Shown here: in pieces, positions 40,501 to 50,113 of the stretch
How positions within the stretch are numbered: position 1 is the first letter of the stretch
Layout of the letters: each line of letters begins with the position of its first letter
Source: Lingula anatina
Taxonomy: Eukaryota > Animalia > Brachiopoda
DNA length: 64,000 bases
Assembly: GCA_051362555.1 (NCBI GenBank)
Contig: CM120645.1
Span: 5,704,001 to 5,768,000 of the forward strand
Direction: 5' to 3'
Notes under the pieces: generated by a model
Told to the model about the DNA's origin: nothing
The model's input: only the letters and a program-made list of their open reading frames with translations
Database searches by the model: none
Position numbers and translations under genes: made by a program

Positions 40501-43500
40501 AGGCTAGTAAAATGTATGTCATATTATTACATACAGAACAATAGTGATACATATATAGTGTGTATTGTTTGATTGCTATATTGTAGCAAAACTTATAGCA
40601 AGAAAAACAACATTCTGTGTATGATATTTTGATAACATAAGAAATAAAAGCAGGCACTTGGGCTTTTCTCTACTTGTTGGATACCCACAAAAGATCAGTC
40701 CTCCCTTTAAGGCTCTCTCCACAGGAAACAAGTTAAACAATCCAATTCCCTGTCAGGAATATCAAAATTTCATTCCTTCTTTGGTTATCTTCTATCTTCA
40801 AACTTGTTCTTCTTCTTCAGGTATGCCCCTCATGGGGGTGTGGTGATCAACGCCCCAGTGAAAATCAAAGGTGGCCGAGAGCTGCAGCTGACCTCCATGG
40901 CAGTGCTGACCAGTAAGGCGTCCAGTCAGCAGTTCTTCCTCAGGATCCTCAAGGTGATCATCCAGCTCCGAGAGGCAGCCAGGAATGCTGTCAAAACAAC
41001 CCAGAAGGCTGGAGGTAAGTGCTGACCTCTGCTGGATGTGTTGAGAATTGAGAGACAGTAAAAATTAACACCAGTTTTGTTTTTGAAAGAATTATTATAC
41101 ATTTTTGGTTTAGTTCAGTGTTTATGAAATTTTAGATTTTATTTTTATAACAAGTTTTTTTTTCAAACTACAACAAATTAATGATATTTAATTCACATTA
41201 TACAGAAATTAGCTGTTTAATTCCATAAGTACATCTTATAGTACAGTTATCAACGAGTGAGGTTTCTCTCATCTTTCCTGTGTGTAAGCTCCCATTTTCA
41301 TTTGCTAATTGATCTGCCACAACCCGGCAATTGTTCCCTCATTGTAGTTGTTCGTGAGCTCTCTAACATTTCCACCCTCTCTGAAGCCATGGCAGCCCTG
41401 GAGGCCGAGGCTGAGATGATCATGGAGTTGGTGGGGAGGAGAGAACGTCTGGAGAGACTACGCCAGCAGGGTGGGGGACAGCAGGTGCCATCTAGTGCCG
41501 AGTCCTCGCAGAGCCAGTCCACGGCTCCTCTTGGAGGGTCACTGTCATCAGGAACTGGCCAGTCCAGTGAGACTTTGCAGTCTGCTGCAGAGACGCAGGC
41601 CACTGAGACGACAGAGACGCAGTCCACGGAGACAGAGTCAACAGCGACGTCATCTGGTCAGACGGAGAGCAGTTCAGGGGTACCTACGGAGGAGGGGAGT
41701 GAGCAGGTGTTAACACAGTCCAGTCAGGATACCACAGCACCCAGCACAGCAGCTGCCACACCCATGGATGTGGATCAGGCTGGTGAGTTACTGCTTGGAA
41801 AGGGAAGGGTTTCCTCCTTTTGGTCCGTATCCCTGCCTTCATTGTTTAAGAAAAAAGGCAAAAAAATATTGGAGTATTGATTATACTTCTAGAAACTACT
41901 GCCTTTTAGTGAGACTGCATTTGCCCAAGAATACTATTGGAAGACAATACTCCATAGCTTTGAAAGGGAAGATCATTGTCATGGTCATATACCAGCCGCT
42001 GATTAGAAAATGAGTTGAGTTATTCCTAGAATGACTTCATTGCAATGTGATGAATATGTTTTCCCGAAAATGAGGCTGGTACTTGTAAGGAAAGATTTTC
42101 TGTTGCAATCCTTGAAAAAAAGGGACATTTAATATCCATCACACTTCTCCAGGTACATCAGATGGCAAGGAGAAGGAAGAGGAGGAGAAATACACCCTGC
42201 CTCGCCTCAGTGAACAGTTACAGCTGGAGAAGCTATGGGAGGTGCTGGGAGAGTGCCTGTCTGAGCTGGCTAGGACACCTGACCATCACGCTGTACTGGT
42301 GTTACAACCAGCTGTGGAAGCTTTCTTTATTGTACACGCAGGTGGGTGAAAGGGAAAGGTTGCACTGGGCCTGGTTTTACGTATTCAGAACTTTATTTCA
42401 GAGATTGTTTTTTTTGACTGAGTTTTTAAAACCTGCTAATGTTTGCCATGGTAAAGATGCTGTTATTTTATGCACATTTAAAAGGGGTATTGTAAATGTT
42501 AGCTGAGGTGTCTGAAAAACAACTGTGTTTCATAACAATGATGTCTATAATTCAGGTGAAAAAGACAGTGGCAAACCCAAGGAGAGTAGCAGTGTCCAGC
42601 AGCGCAGAGAGGACCAGACAGCCCATCTGAACATCGAAGTGCAGGCGCCCATGTCTCCCTACATGCCGTCCAGCAGTCAGGAGCTGCCTGGACTGACCAG
42701 AGAGAACTCTGTCATGTCTGTGTCGTCTATAGCCAACCTCCCACCAGACACGCAAAAGTTCCTCAGGTTTGCTGGTAAGTTGTGAAAATCAGGTTATCTT
42801 CTATGTAGGAATGTAATTGTATTGGAACCTTTCTTCACCATACATATAATATTGTAGAAGTTGCTGTTAATATATGTTTTGCTTTTTCCTGTAAAAAACT
42901 GGAATTCAATGTTGTCTGTCTTTGAAGCTCTTCTTAAAACAAATACACTGATTTGATTTAAATTTTTCATCAGCTTTATAGTACAAGTCTTCCTGAATAC
43001 ATAGTCTTGCATCCTTTCTGATGCTCAAGGCAAAATGTGAGCAAGACTAAGTAAAAGTTATGTGAAAAAGATAAAACATGTTGTACAATTGAAAATGCAG
43101 ACAGTTGGTTATCAGCTCGCTTTTCTTCCTTTTAATTCCAGAAACACATCGAACAGTATTAAATCAAATTCTGCGACAGTCAACCACACCTCTAGCAGAT
43201 GGTCCATTCTCGGTGCTTGTGGATCACACGCGGGTTTTGGACTTTGATGTCAAGAGGCGGTACTTTCGCCAGGAGTTGGAGCGTGCAGACGAGGGCATGA
43301 GACGCGAGGATTTGGCCATCCATGTGAGGCGTGATCAGGTGTTTGAGGATTCATTCCGAGAGCTCCATCGTCGTACACCAGATGAATGGAAGCACAGGTT
43401 CTATGTCGTGTTTGAAGGTAGGAGAGTGTTCATTTTGAAAGGCACATGGGTATAATTGACAAAATATAGATTGCAAGAATTTTGTCAAAATTGTAATTGT

Positions 43501-46500
43501 TCCTGAGCCTTCAGATTTTAAAAAATTGGGGCAAAAGATGAAATCAAAGTAGCTCAAATTATATCTTGCAAGTTTTTGGAAATTTGAAGGTTTGTATATT
43601 AATTCTGTGGTACTATTTAAAAAGTGCATCCTAATTTAAGCTACTGCTTTGTTGATAAACAGTAGCACAATTGCAAGATGCCAGATCAATTTTGGGAGCG
43701 ATCTTCAGGTGACACTTTGCTTATAGTTTCTTCTGTGGAAATCTCTCAAGACATTAGAAGTGATTAAATGTAGTCAATATTGAAAATGTTCAGTTTCTTT
43801 TTCCAAGGCCTAATAAAATGGCCTTATAAATTAGGTTTTGATAAATTTTTCCTCCAAAACAGACATGAATTTTGCATTATTTTCATGTCACACTGAAAAC
43901 CATCTAATCTTAGATCTTTACTAGCACAACATAAGATAACTGAAAATTTTATAAAAACATTTTAACACAAGTGATCCATTTCCTTTACATAGGTGAAGAA
44001 GGTCAGGATGCGGGCGGCCTCCTCAGAGAGTGGTACCTCATCATCTCCCGCGAGATCTTCAACCCCAACTACGCCCTGTTCAGCACATCATCAGGTGACC
44101 GTGTCACGTACACCGTGAACCCCTCCTCCCACTTCAACACCAACCATCTCAGTTACTTCAAGTTTGTGGGGAGAATCATCGCCAAGGCCATCTATGACAA
44201 CAAGCTGTTGGAGTGTTACTTCACCAGGTCCTTCTACAAGCACATCCTTGGAGTGCTGGTCAAGTGAGTTATCTGTATTGTTCAAAGGAACCCATTGTTG
44301 TACTGGAAAATAAGCACACTTTGCAATGTGACATGTGTCTTGGATGAAATAAGCCATGCACAAAGAAAATTGTATTATTTTAGACAATGAAATTATCATG
44401 TCTCCTTTACACATAGTATTTGTATTTTTTACATGTAAGGTACTGACTAAATAACATCCTTGTATTATAAATGGTTACATGATTACTTTTCCTCCTGTCA
44501 TTAAGGTCAGCATAGTAAGATCAATGGCTAGGCTTGTCATCAGACTCAAATTAAAGCTACTGTCTCGTAATCAACAGTAGTGACATTAATAGATGTCAGA
44601 GCAACTTTGGGAGAAATCTTCAGGTGATCCCCTGTCTGTAGTTCCTTCGGTGGAATTCTTCTTGGGAAATTATTTGTCCTCACTTTGATTTTTTTTTTTT
44701 TTTCAATAAAGTAATAGTATGTAAAAGTCAATTTCTTCTGCTGTATTTCAGGTATCAGGACATGGAGAGTGAGGACTATGCTTTTTTCCAGGGAATGGTT
44801 TTCCTCATGGAGCACGACATCAAAGATTTGGGCTATGATCTCACATTCAGCACAGAGGTAAGGCAGGAGATGGGACAAAAACACAGGGCAAAACAATCTT
44901 GTAGATGGCATGACATTGAATAGCTCTGTTCCATCTTCACGTTGGTAATTTTAAAGATTTACCAGTTGATTACTATGGTTTATTAATGGGTAATTGAGGT
45001 GTCATAAGAATGTCTAAAATTCTGCGCCCATGATGCATAATATGTTGAAACATATTTCTCTGGCTGAGAGAATTTTTATATTGGGGAAGAACGTGTTTGA
45101 AACTGGTGATATCATGTGACCTTTTACTATTGTACATCGTCTAATGAAAATGTCAAGACTAAGTACTTTTACAGAGGAAATTTGGGATTTGGTATTTCAG
45201 TTTCATAATAAGAGCAGCAAGTTTGCTTAGTGTGTTCTTCTACAGCTTTATATGATTATAGGATTTTATCTCATTGATGTGATTAAAATGTGAAAAAAAT
45301 GTTCAACTTTGAATGAATCTTTCAGATCCAAGAATTTGGGGTGACAGAAGTGCGAGACTTAATCCCCAACGGACGTAATATCCTGGTGACGGAGGAAAAC
45401 AAGCGGGAGTACGTGCGGCTGGTGTGTCAGATGAAAATGACAGGAGCCATTCGCAAGCAGATTAGTGCTTTCCTGGAAGGATTCTACGACATCATACCAA
45501 AGAAGTTAATCTCCATCTTTAATGAGCAGGAGCTGGAGTTGCTGATATCCGGCCTACCCACCATTGATATTGATGACCTTAAGTCCAACTCGGAGTACCA
45601 CAAATATCAGTCAAATTCTCTGCAGGTACGCTGGCTACTTCTCATGAGGATGTGTATTTATAGACTGCTTAGGAGATTAAGTGAAGAGTTAATGATAAGC
45701 TGGATATATTAGAAAATATCATGTCAAGTCATATGGTTGATTTCTAGGAAAATAATATGCAAGTTAAAAACTGCATATCTCTTAGATTTTGAAAAAAAAA
45801 AATAAAATAAACAGTTAAGATAGTCAAGGTTTTTTTAAATTGCTAATTGGTCTAAATAAAATTTATGATATCGGTTATTTATTCCAGATCCAGTGGTTCT
45901 GGCGAGCCTTGCGTTCCTTTGACCAGGCAGACAGGGCACGCTTCCTGCAGTTTGTGACGGGGACGTCCAAGGTTCCTCTGCAGGGCTTTGCTCACCTGGA
46001 GGGGATGAATGGCACACAGAAGTTCCAGATCCACAGGGATGACCGGTCTACTGATAGGCTGCCCACTGCACACACATGGTGAGTGGACGTAATATTTTCA
46101 TATTTTAATAAAATCTAGCAAAGTCTGCATGAAGCAGTCTAGCTGTGACATTATTCTTGATTATGTTAGATCTGATGTGAACGTGTATCAGCACAATATA
46201 ATAATTAACCCTAATCATTTCTTGGACTGTCTTAACCACTTAACACAGCAATGTCTTACACATTAGAGAAGTGTCACCATTTTGTTACATAATTGCCCAT
46301 CTTATCAATCTTGTAATGAAGTCTGATACATTTTTAGAAATTTTGCAAATTACATTGAAAAGAGCATTTATAGCAAGAGTTATTAAAATGATCTTGTCTT
46401 CCACTCTCAGCTTCAACCAGCTAGATCTGCCAGCCTATGAGACCTATGACAAGCTGCGTAACATGCTGTTGCTGGCCATCAATGAGTGCTCGGAGGGATT

Positions 46501-46513
46501 TGGATTAGCCTAA
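146..46513 (+). CDS. HUWE1: E3 ubiquitin-protein ligase HUWE1 (multi-exon; 5' end lies upstream of the window)
   Basis: Dozens of GT-AG exons encode HUWE1-like peptides: [17 protein letters not shown] (146-208), UBA-like [10 protein letters not shown] (~12539), [16 protein letters not shown] (~13067), [14 protein letters not shown] (~16981), acidic tract (~28072-28236), UBM repeats ([39 protein letters not shown]) and the HECT domain ([15 protein letters not shown] ... [12 protein letters not shown] ... LPTAHTCFNQLDLP ... EGFGLA*). The catalytic Cys codon is split across the last intron; stop TAA at 46511-46513. Confidence 0.98.
2970..3007. repeat. (CT)n microsatellite in a HUWE1 intron
   Basis: Visible ctctct run just after a donor site. 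Confidence 0.9.
3807..3878 (+). ncRNA. SNORD27: C/D box snoRNA, SNORD27/U27-like (18S Am27), copy 1
   Basis: ctc/gag terminal stem, C box GTGATGA, guide AGACAAGCATATG complementary to 18S CAUAUGCUUGUCU, then D' CTGA (+5 rule gives A27) and D box CTGA. Confidence 0.9.
7592..7726 (+). ncRNA. H/ACA snoRNA candidate; 5' pocket fits 18S UUUAU-U-A-GAUCAAA
   Basis: Hairpin, H box AGAGGA (7653), hairpin, ACA (7721) plus 3 nt. 5' pocket strands are TTTGATC / ATAAA. Confidence 0.7.
10184..10307 (+). ncRNA. Partial or divergent copy of the family-B H/ACA snoRNA (28S-guide hairpin only)
   Basis: catggtgtattgttgattgttgacactgtaccatacctgtc is nearly identical to the 5' hairpin at 11736. It is followed by AGAAAA; the second hairpin is not conserved. 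Confidence 0.5.
10860..10926 (+). ncRNA. SNORD121: C/D box snoRNA, SNORD121-like (28S Gm4607)
   Basis: tggccc/gggcca terminal stem, C box ATGATGC, guide TTCCAAGCACATA complementary to 28S UAUGUGCUUGG, degenerate D' CCAA, C' ATGAGGA, D box CTGA. Confidence 0.8.
11736..11872 (+). ncRNA. H/ACA snoRNA family B copy 1 (28S Psi4522-equivalent and 18S Psi866-equivalent guides)
   Basis: Two hairpins, H box ACATCA, ACA 3 nt from the end. Pockets AAAC/ACCTGTCT (28S AGACAGGU-U-A-GUUU) and CTATTC/TTATTC (18S GAAUAA-U-G-GAAUAG). Three near-identical copies in the window. Confidence 0.85.
12821..12975. repeat. Degenerate short tandem repeat (atactatgtgta-like)
   Basis: Repeated atactatgtgta / tagtaacatat motifs inside an intron. 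Confidence 0.55.
14178..14272 (+). ncRNA. SNORD93: C/D box snoRNA, SNORD93-like (18S Am576), copy 1
   Basis: ggagctc/gagttcc stem, C box GTGACGA, D' CAGA, C' TGTTGA, guide AAGGATTT complementary to 18S AAAUCCUU, D box CTGA. Paralog at 17154. Confidence 0.75.
14955..15091 (+). ncRNA. H/ACA snoRNA family C copy 1 (3' hairpin guides 18S Psi109; 5' pocket diverged)
   Basis: gcatgg/ccatgc stem, H box AGATTA, 3' pocket GAACCAT/CTGAT complementary to 18S AUCAG-U-U-AUGGUUC, ACA box. Confidence 0.85.
15534..15671 (+). ncRNA. H/ACA snoRNA family C copy 2 (18S Psi1367 and Psi109 guides)
   Basis: 5' pocket GAATT/TCAGACA complementary to 18S UGUCUGG-U-U-AAUUC (SNORA15-like), H box AGAGTA, 3' pocket GAACCAT/CTGAT (SNORA80-like), ACA box. 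Confidence 0.85.
16435..16572 (+). ncRNA. H/ACA snoRNA family C copy 3
   Basis: Same boxes and pockets as copy 2. Confidence 0.85.
17154..17249 (+). ncRNA. SNORD93: C/D box snoRNA, SNORD93-like, copy 2
   Basis: 10-bp terminal stem tgtggggctc/gagttccaca, C box TTGAAGA, D' CTGA, guide TAAAGGATTT, D box CTGA. Confidence 0.75.
17363..17485 (+). pseudogene. Degenerate copy 4 of H/ACA family C
   Basis: Keeps catgggtgaattc...acagtagctgtcagg ttagacac...tagagta...tgtcaagac...cactga, but the 3' pocket and the ACA spacing are damaged. Confidence 0.6.
17805..17875 (+). ncRNA. SNORD27: SNORD27-like C/D snoRNA copy 2
   Basis: ctc-CTGATGA...AGACAAGCATATGA-CTGA...CTGA-gag. Confidence 0.88.
18559..18632 (+). 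ncRNA. SNORD27: SNORD27-like C/D snoRNA copy 3
   Basis: ctc-TTGATGA...AGACAAGCATATGT-CTGA...CTGA-gag. Confidence 0.88.
19232..19515 (+). repeat. Decayed G-rich tandem repeat derived from the exon end and splice donor, ending in a 42-nt poly-G run
   Basis: Units resemble the junction ctcaggcataccatggaaaag|gtgggtgaa (e.g. accttggaaaaagtgggtgaataggg at 19321); G run at 19474-19515. Confidence 0.65.
20029..20100 (+). ncRNA. SNORD27: SNORD27-like C/D snoRNA copy 4
   Basis: ctc-ATGATGA...AGACAAGCATATGT-CTGA...CTGA-gag; 3' 50 nt identical to copy 1. Confidence 0.9.
21797..25387. mobile_element. PIF/Harbinger-type MITE (~365 bp, TAA target-site duplication), interrupted by a nested insertion
   Basis: The right TIR aggatgtcatccataaaaataaaaaagtgtggcc is the reverse complement of ggccacacttttt (21797-21809) joined to atttttatggatgacatcct (from ~25040). 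TAA flanks both ends. Confidence 0.8.
21810..25036 (+). mobile_element. Non-autonomous Helentron/HINE (DINE-1-like) element with internal tandem duplications
   Basis: Inserted in a T run. 5' palindrome atgtacagacacagatgtgtctgtacat, then a (GTC/GCC)n microsatellite, ~125-bp units (caggtcaagttcgaaaatcagcatgatcgggcc) and larger duplicated blocks. A second head lies at ~23250. 3' subterminal IR tgtctgtacat (25006) and hairpin gacagctttgctgcc. Confidence 0.8.
25437..25564 (+). ncRNA. H/ACA snoRNA candidate; 3' pocket fits 18S GAUUAA-U-A-GGGAC
   Basis: gcaca/tgtgc hairpin, H box ATAATA (25494), gctggt/actggc hairpin with pocket TGTCCT/TTAATC, ACA at 25559. Confidence 0.7.
26513..26608 (+). ncRNA. 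SNORD55: C/D box snoRNA, SNORD55/U39-like (28S Cm2791)
   Basis: 8-bp stem gttgcata/tatgcaac, C box GTGATGA, 15-nt guide TGTTCACCTTGGAGA complementary to 28S UCUCCAAGGUGAACA, D box CTGA. Confidence 0.9.
27968..28045. repeat. (ATACC)n degenerate pentanucleotide repeat
   Basis: ccataccatatcatgtaccttaccatgataccactctataccataccataccatactatac. Confidence 0.75.
29403..29539 (+). ncRNA. H/ACA snoRNA family B copy 2
   Basis: Near-identical to 11736-11872; boxes intact. Confidence 0.85.
30255..30782. repeat. 33-bp minisatellite with an embedded 21-bp sub-repeat
   Basis: Unit gggggcacctgtcctgaaatcttaaacctagtt; four near-perfect copies at ~30348-30492 with degenerate flanking copies; acctaagacctggttgggtgt x3 at ~30582-30643. 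Confidence 0.9.
31878..32014 (+). ncRNA. H/ACA snoRNA family B copy 3
   Basis: Near-identical to the other copies; H box ACATGA, ACA at 32009. Confidence 0.85.
34213..34284 (+). ncRNA. SNORD27: SNORD27-like C/D snoRNA copy 5
   Basis: ctc-ATGATGA...AGACAAGCATATGT-CTGA...CTGA-gag. Confidence 0.88.
38315..38447 (+). ncRNA. Orphan H/ACA snoRNA/scaRNA candidate
   Basis: gcgcct/agggtgc hairpin, H box ATAGAA (38375), second hairpin with upper stem tagaaggca/tgtcttcta and pocket CAGGCT/TCGGTAA, ACA at 38442. Confidence 0.7.
39025..39104 (+). ncRNA. C/D snoRNA family D, divergent copy (SNORD50-like guide, 28S Gm2863)
   Basis: ttggcc/ggctga stem, C-like TGATTT, C' TGATGA, guide CTTTTCCCGAA, D variant ATGA. 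Confidence 0.65.
39733..39817 (+). ncRNA. C/D snoRNA family D copy 2
   Basis: actagcc/ggctagt stem, ATGATTA, GTGATGA, guide TTTTCCCGAA, ATGA. Confidence 0.8.
40418..40509 (+). ncRNA. C/D snoRNA family D copy 3
   Basis: tactagcc/ggctagta stem; same boxes and guide. Confidence 0.8.
41990..42081 (+). ncRNA. C/D snoRNA family D copy 4
   Basis: taccagcc/ggctggta stem (compensatory T-A to C-G change relative to copy 3); same guide. Confidence 0.82.
43626..43756 (+). ncRNA. H/ACA snoRNA family G copy 1 (3' pocket fits 18S Psi119-equivalent)
   Basis: gcatc/gatgc hairpin, H box AGATCA, 3' pocket CGATCT/GGAA complementary to UUCC-U-U-AGAUCG, ACA at 43751. Paralog in the next intron. Confidence 0.75.
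44536..44672 (+). ncRNA. H/ACA snoRNA family G copy 2
   Basis: Alignable to 43626-43756; H box AGAGCA, terminal box AAA variant. Confidence 0.65.
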
Positions 46514-48269
46514 CTCATTAACCTGCCCAGCAGTATGGAGTGAGCTTAACCTGGGTGGAACATTTCTTGAGATCATTCTATGTGAATAAGTGGAATATTT
46601 ATGGAAGGATTATATGTACATTTCAAATACAATTGAATGGTGATTCGAAAGAAGGTTTGGAATGTTATGATGACCTTTGTAAAAAAATCCGCTTTTTAAA
46701 TCTAATCGTATTGAAACATTCAAAAAGGGGATTGTGGCAAGTTTTAAGCTGTGATTGGACTTATTTTCTGCTCAAGGCAAATGATGATTTACCTTTAGAG
46801 AAGTGAACTTTTGCATTAAAAATATCTTGAGAAAAGTTCAGTAATTCAAGTAGAGTGCAGAGGAGTGCTCTTATCCAGCAAGTCACATTGCTTAGTACAT
46901 GTCAGATGAGAATGTGAACTTTTACCACGAATGACATGGTTGTTATCTGAAGTCTTGTTGTCATTTTGAAGCCAAAGTAACTGGATCCATTTTGTGGGAT
47001 ATTGTCACTGACAGGTAGTGCCAAGCTGAGACTTGGGAGAAATTAAGAAAAATATTACCTGTAATAGAAAAAAACTCTGCAAAGGCTGAGAATTTGCACA
47101 GTAACTCTGTCTACTAAATTGGAGAGGGTTGAGAGAGATCTATCTGTCTTTATTATAAGTCTTGGGAGTTTGTGTAATTTCTGAGGTGTTGACTATCACT
47201 ATTAATACTATACATCAAAATGTACTGAAATACATAACATGTAAATGAATAAATGCTGTTCCACAGCCCCTTGGGTGAAAAACCTCATATCATTAATTAT
47301 GATGGCTTACTTGGCGCTTCTTTAAGTAAATCTTAAGATCCCATTTACTTTCAGCACTGCAACATATTGGTTTCCTATTACTTTATTTGTGATCCTCCTG
47401 TGGAGGGGTTTTGTTTCATTGTTGTTTTCTGTGAAAGGGACACATCTGTCCAACATATGATTAGATTTTTTTGCCAAAAATGTGTTATAGTAACTGGACG
47501 TGTCCCTAAAATGTTACATATATAAATATGCTGTTTGTTCTTGTATTTTGTCAGTTGTTCAAGGGACAGAATGTCATATATGTGAGAATGATTGCAAGTG
47601 TAATATAAAATGAAAGATTGACACTTAGTCAAGAAAATATTTAGATTCCACGATATTTTGCTTTGGGTTAAATAAAAAAAAATTATGAGAATTCTGCTAA
47701 AAATGTACTTTATTATATGTGCAAATAAAGCAACTATGCTTGTTTGTTACAAGATTTATAGTTTTGTTTTTACAAAGCCAGATGATAAAAAAATAAGTAC
47801 ACATTTAATTTTAAAAAATTAAGATCTTTCCGACATCGTCTACCCCAATATCTACTAAAACAAATCTAATTGTTATTGTTGAGAAGGAATTGTAAAAGAG
47901 CCTTCAGCTATAAAAGATGGCAAATGATGAATATTGATATTTCATAAAAATGTCTATGACCTAACTTGGATGTAATGATCATCAGTTTGTACATCGCCAT
48001 TTCTTTTTCAGTCATTTGACATATCCTCTGAATAGTCCACACTTACACTTCAGTTTGAAACTGAACAAGCTGAATCTGGAACTTGGTCAAAACACTGGAG
48101 TCACAATTTTCTTGTAATTTGTGGTTTAAACATTAAACCAAAACTGGTAGCAATTGTCATAGTTTTAAGCTGGTTCAAAACCCAGAAGGTGACAATTTAA
48201 CATCAGAAAAAAAACTGTGCACAATCTTCTACAAGAAGTATTTCTGTTACAACAACCGTGGCTATAAAT

Positions 48270-49640
48270 TCAAGAATTCTTCTGCTTGTTACCTACAACC
48301 TCTTGGGTTTTGCTCAGTTGCAGGAAAGCATGACAAATCAGACAGCAAGGCACCACAATCCAAATGGTGTTCATGAAAATAAAATAAAACCAAAAATATA
48401 GAGGATGCCACATGGGGCTGTGAATGTAGTTTTCCTTGTGTTCCATCATGAAAAAGATGATAGTTCCATAAAGTTGTCCGGTCGAGATCAACAGCTGGAA
48501 GCAGTAGCAATATGGGTGCTTCTTAAGGAGCAGCCATACTGTCAGGAAACACAGGGGACCCACTACGAATGCTGTGAAACCCTCGATGCAAAGAATGGTG
48601 TTGTCAGAGCTGGAAAAGTATATGTCAAGCATTAAGCTACATTTAAGTATATTTTACCTCTTTTGAAAATTAATGTTTTTTTTCCAATAAACTTAATTAG
48701 GTAATAGAATGATAAAATGACAATATATACACCATGCCTATAATAATGTACTATAAATACATATATCATGAAAATCTTTGCTTACAATAAATAACTGAGA
48801 AATATTCTTTTAAACATAACAGCCAACTATCTGTGCTATCACAAAATTAAGTGTGGAAGTACTGCCATGGGCCCAGTGCTTTTTTGTCTCTTTTGATATG
48901 GGACAAGGTGATGAACTTGACTTTATGGATAAGGGGGCTGCTTTGTCTATATTTCACAGGTAATTTATACAGTAAATCATATTAAATATCTAATGTACTG
49001 TACAGTATATAGCTCTATGAGAACCACAGAAAACTTACATAACATATCTGCTGTCTCCTTTGCTGTACTCTTTCCCTGAATAATAGTAGTAGTAAATATC
49101 AGACATCGTAATAAAAATTGCAGTAAAAAATGTCAATGTATTCATATGAATGATTATAAAAATAAGTATTCATATTATTGTAAAAGATAAACATGATGAC
49201 TTTGATCACACTTAATTACAACAGCCACCCATTTCTTTAACAAAGTCCACTGCCTAATTCTTTCATATTTTAGTCTTTAATACTTCACTACAACTGATCT
49301 TTCATAATAAATAATTTAGTTAATAAATTACAGTAGTCTAAACAAAATACTTACAAGCTTGTGCCGGGAAATCCTGTAGCTCGTTAATGCTGTCATGATG
49401 CAGAACGAAGTATCCCTCAAAGAACGTGTGAATACATCCACACACCATAAACCAAGAGGCAGACAATTTTGGGCCGGTGGTGTTTATGTTTCTTCCTGCA
49501 ACAACCCATGTAAGCCCCAACACACACGCTATCGGGGCAAAAAATATGGTCAAGATTTCTACCGGTCCCTTGTCATTTGGAATATAGTTCGGTAGAGATA
49601 TTTCCTTGGGTAAATATGGATGAGCTACTGGAGACGACAT
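48270..49640 (-). CDS. EBP: 3-beta-hydroxysteroid delta8,delta7-isomerase (emopamil-binding protein); exons 49640-49355, 49075-49039, 48609-48270
   Basis: MSSPVAHPYLP...WFMVCGCIHTFFEGYF...WKEYSKGDSRY...STGQLYGTIIFF...PLYFWFYFIFMNTIWIVVP. GT-AG junctions give 663 nt in frame; C-terminal KQKNS resembles an ER-retrieval tail. Confidence 0.95.
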
Positions 49641-50113
49641 TCTGTGCGCCGCAAATGACGAGGTTTCTATTCGTATTGTAAACAAAAATGGTCTGACAGG
49701 AACAGCGTGAGCTGCCGAGGTATTTGACCCAATAAAATCCCAGGTAAGCGTGACCTCTGACCTCAGGGAGCATGGCAGATTGTAATTCTAATGACATTCA
49801 TTTATACAACTAAAAGAAAGATGTTTATATCTAAATATTAACTCTGAAAAAGTTTCAGTGTATAAAAAAGCTTGTGAATGAAAATAGATGAGAAAAAAAA
49901 TTACATACGGGAAAGTAAATTAGTCGTACTAAACAATAACGATCACTCTCTTTAACCGGAAGTTGCTCATAAAAACCGGTGTATTATTTTGTGAAAGCGG
50001 TTGATTATTCTTGTTTAATTATGACGTGAAATAACACTTTAAACTATGTTGTCATATCACTTATAGAATCCGTAGCACTGAGAAGATACTGGTGTAACGA
50101 CAACACTTTAAAC
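49641..50113. promoter_or_regulatory. Bidirectional promoter region of EBP and BAP1
   Basis: The start codons diverge 473 bp apart. ETS/GABP motif CCGGAAGT at 49956-49963, CRE-like TGACGT at ~50022, DR1 TGACCTcTGACCT at 49751-49763; locally more CpG than the flanks. Confidence 0.65.

Noticed and set aside
146-46513. let-7/miR-98 hairpins, as in vertebrate HUWE1 introns
   Set aside because: No TGAGGTAGTA-type mature sequence seen in the window.
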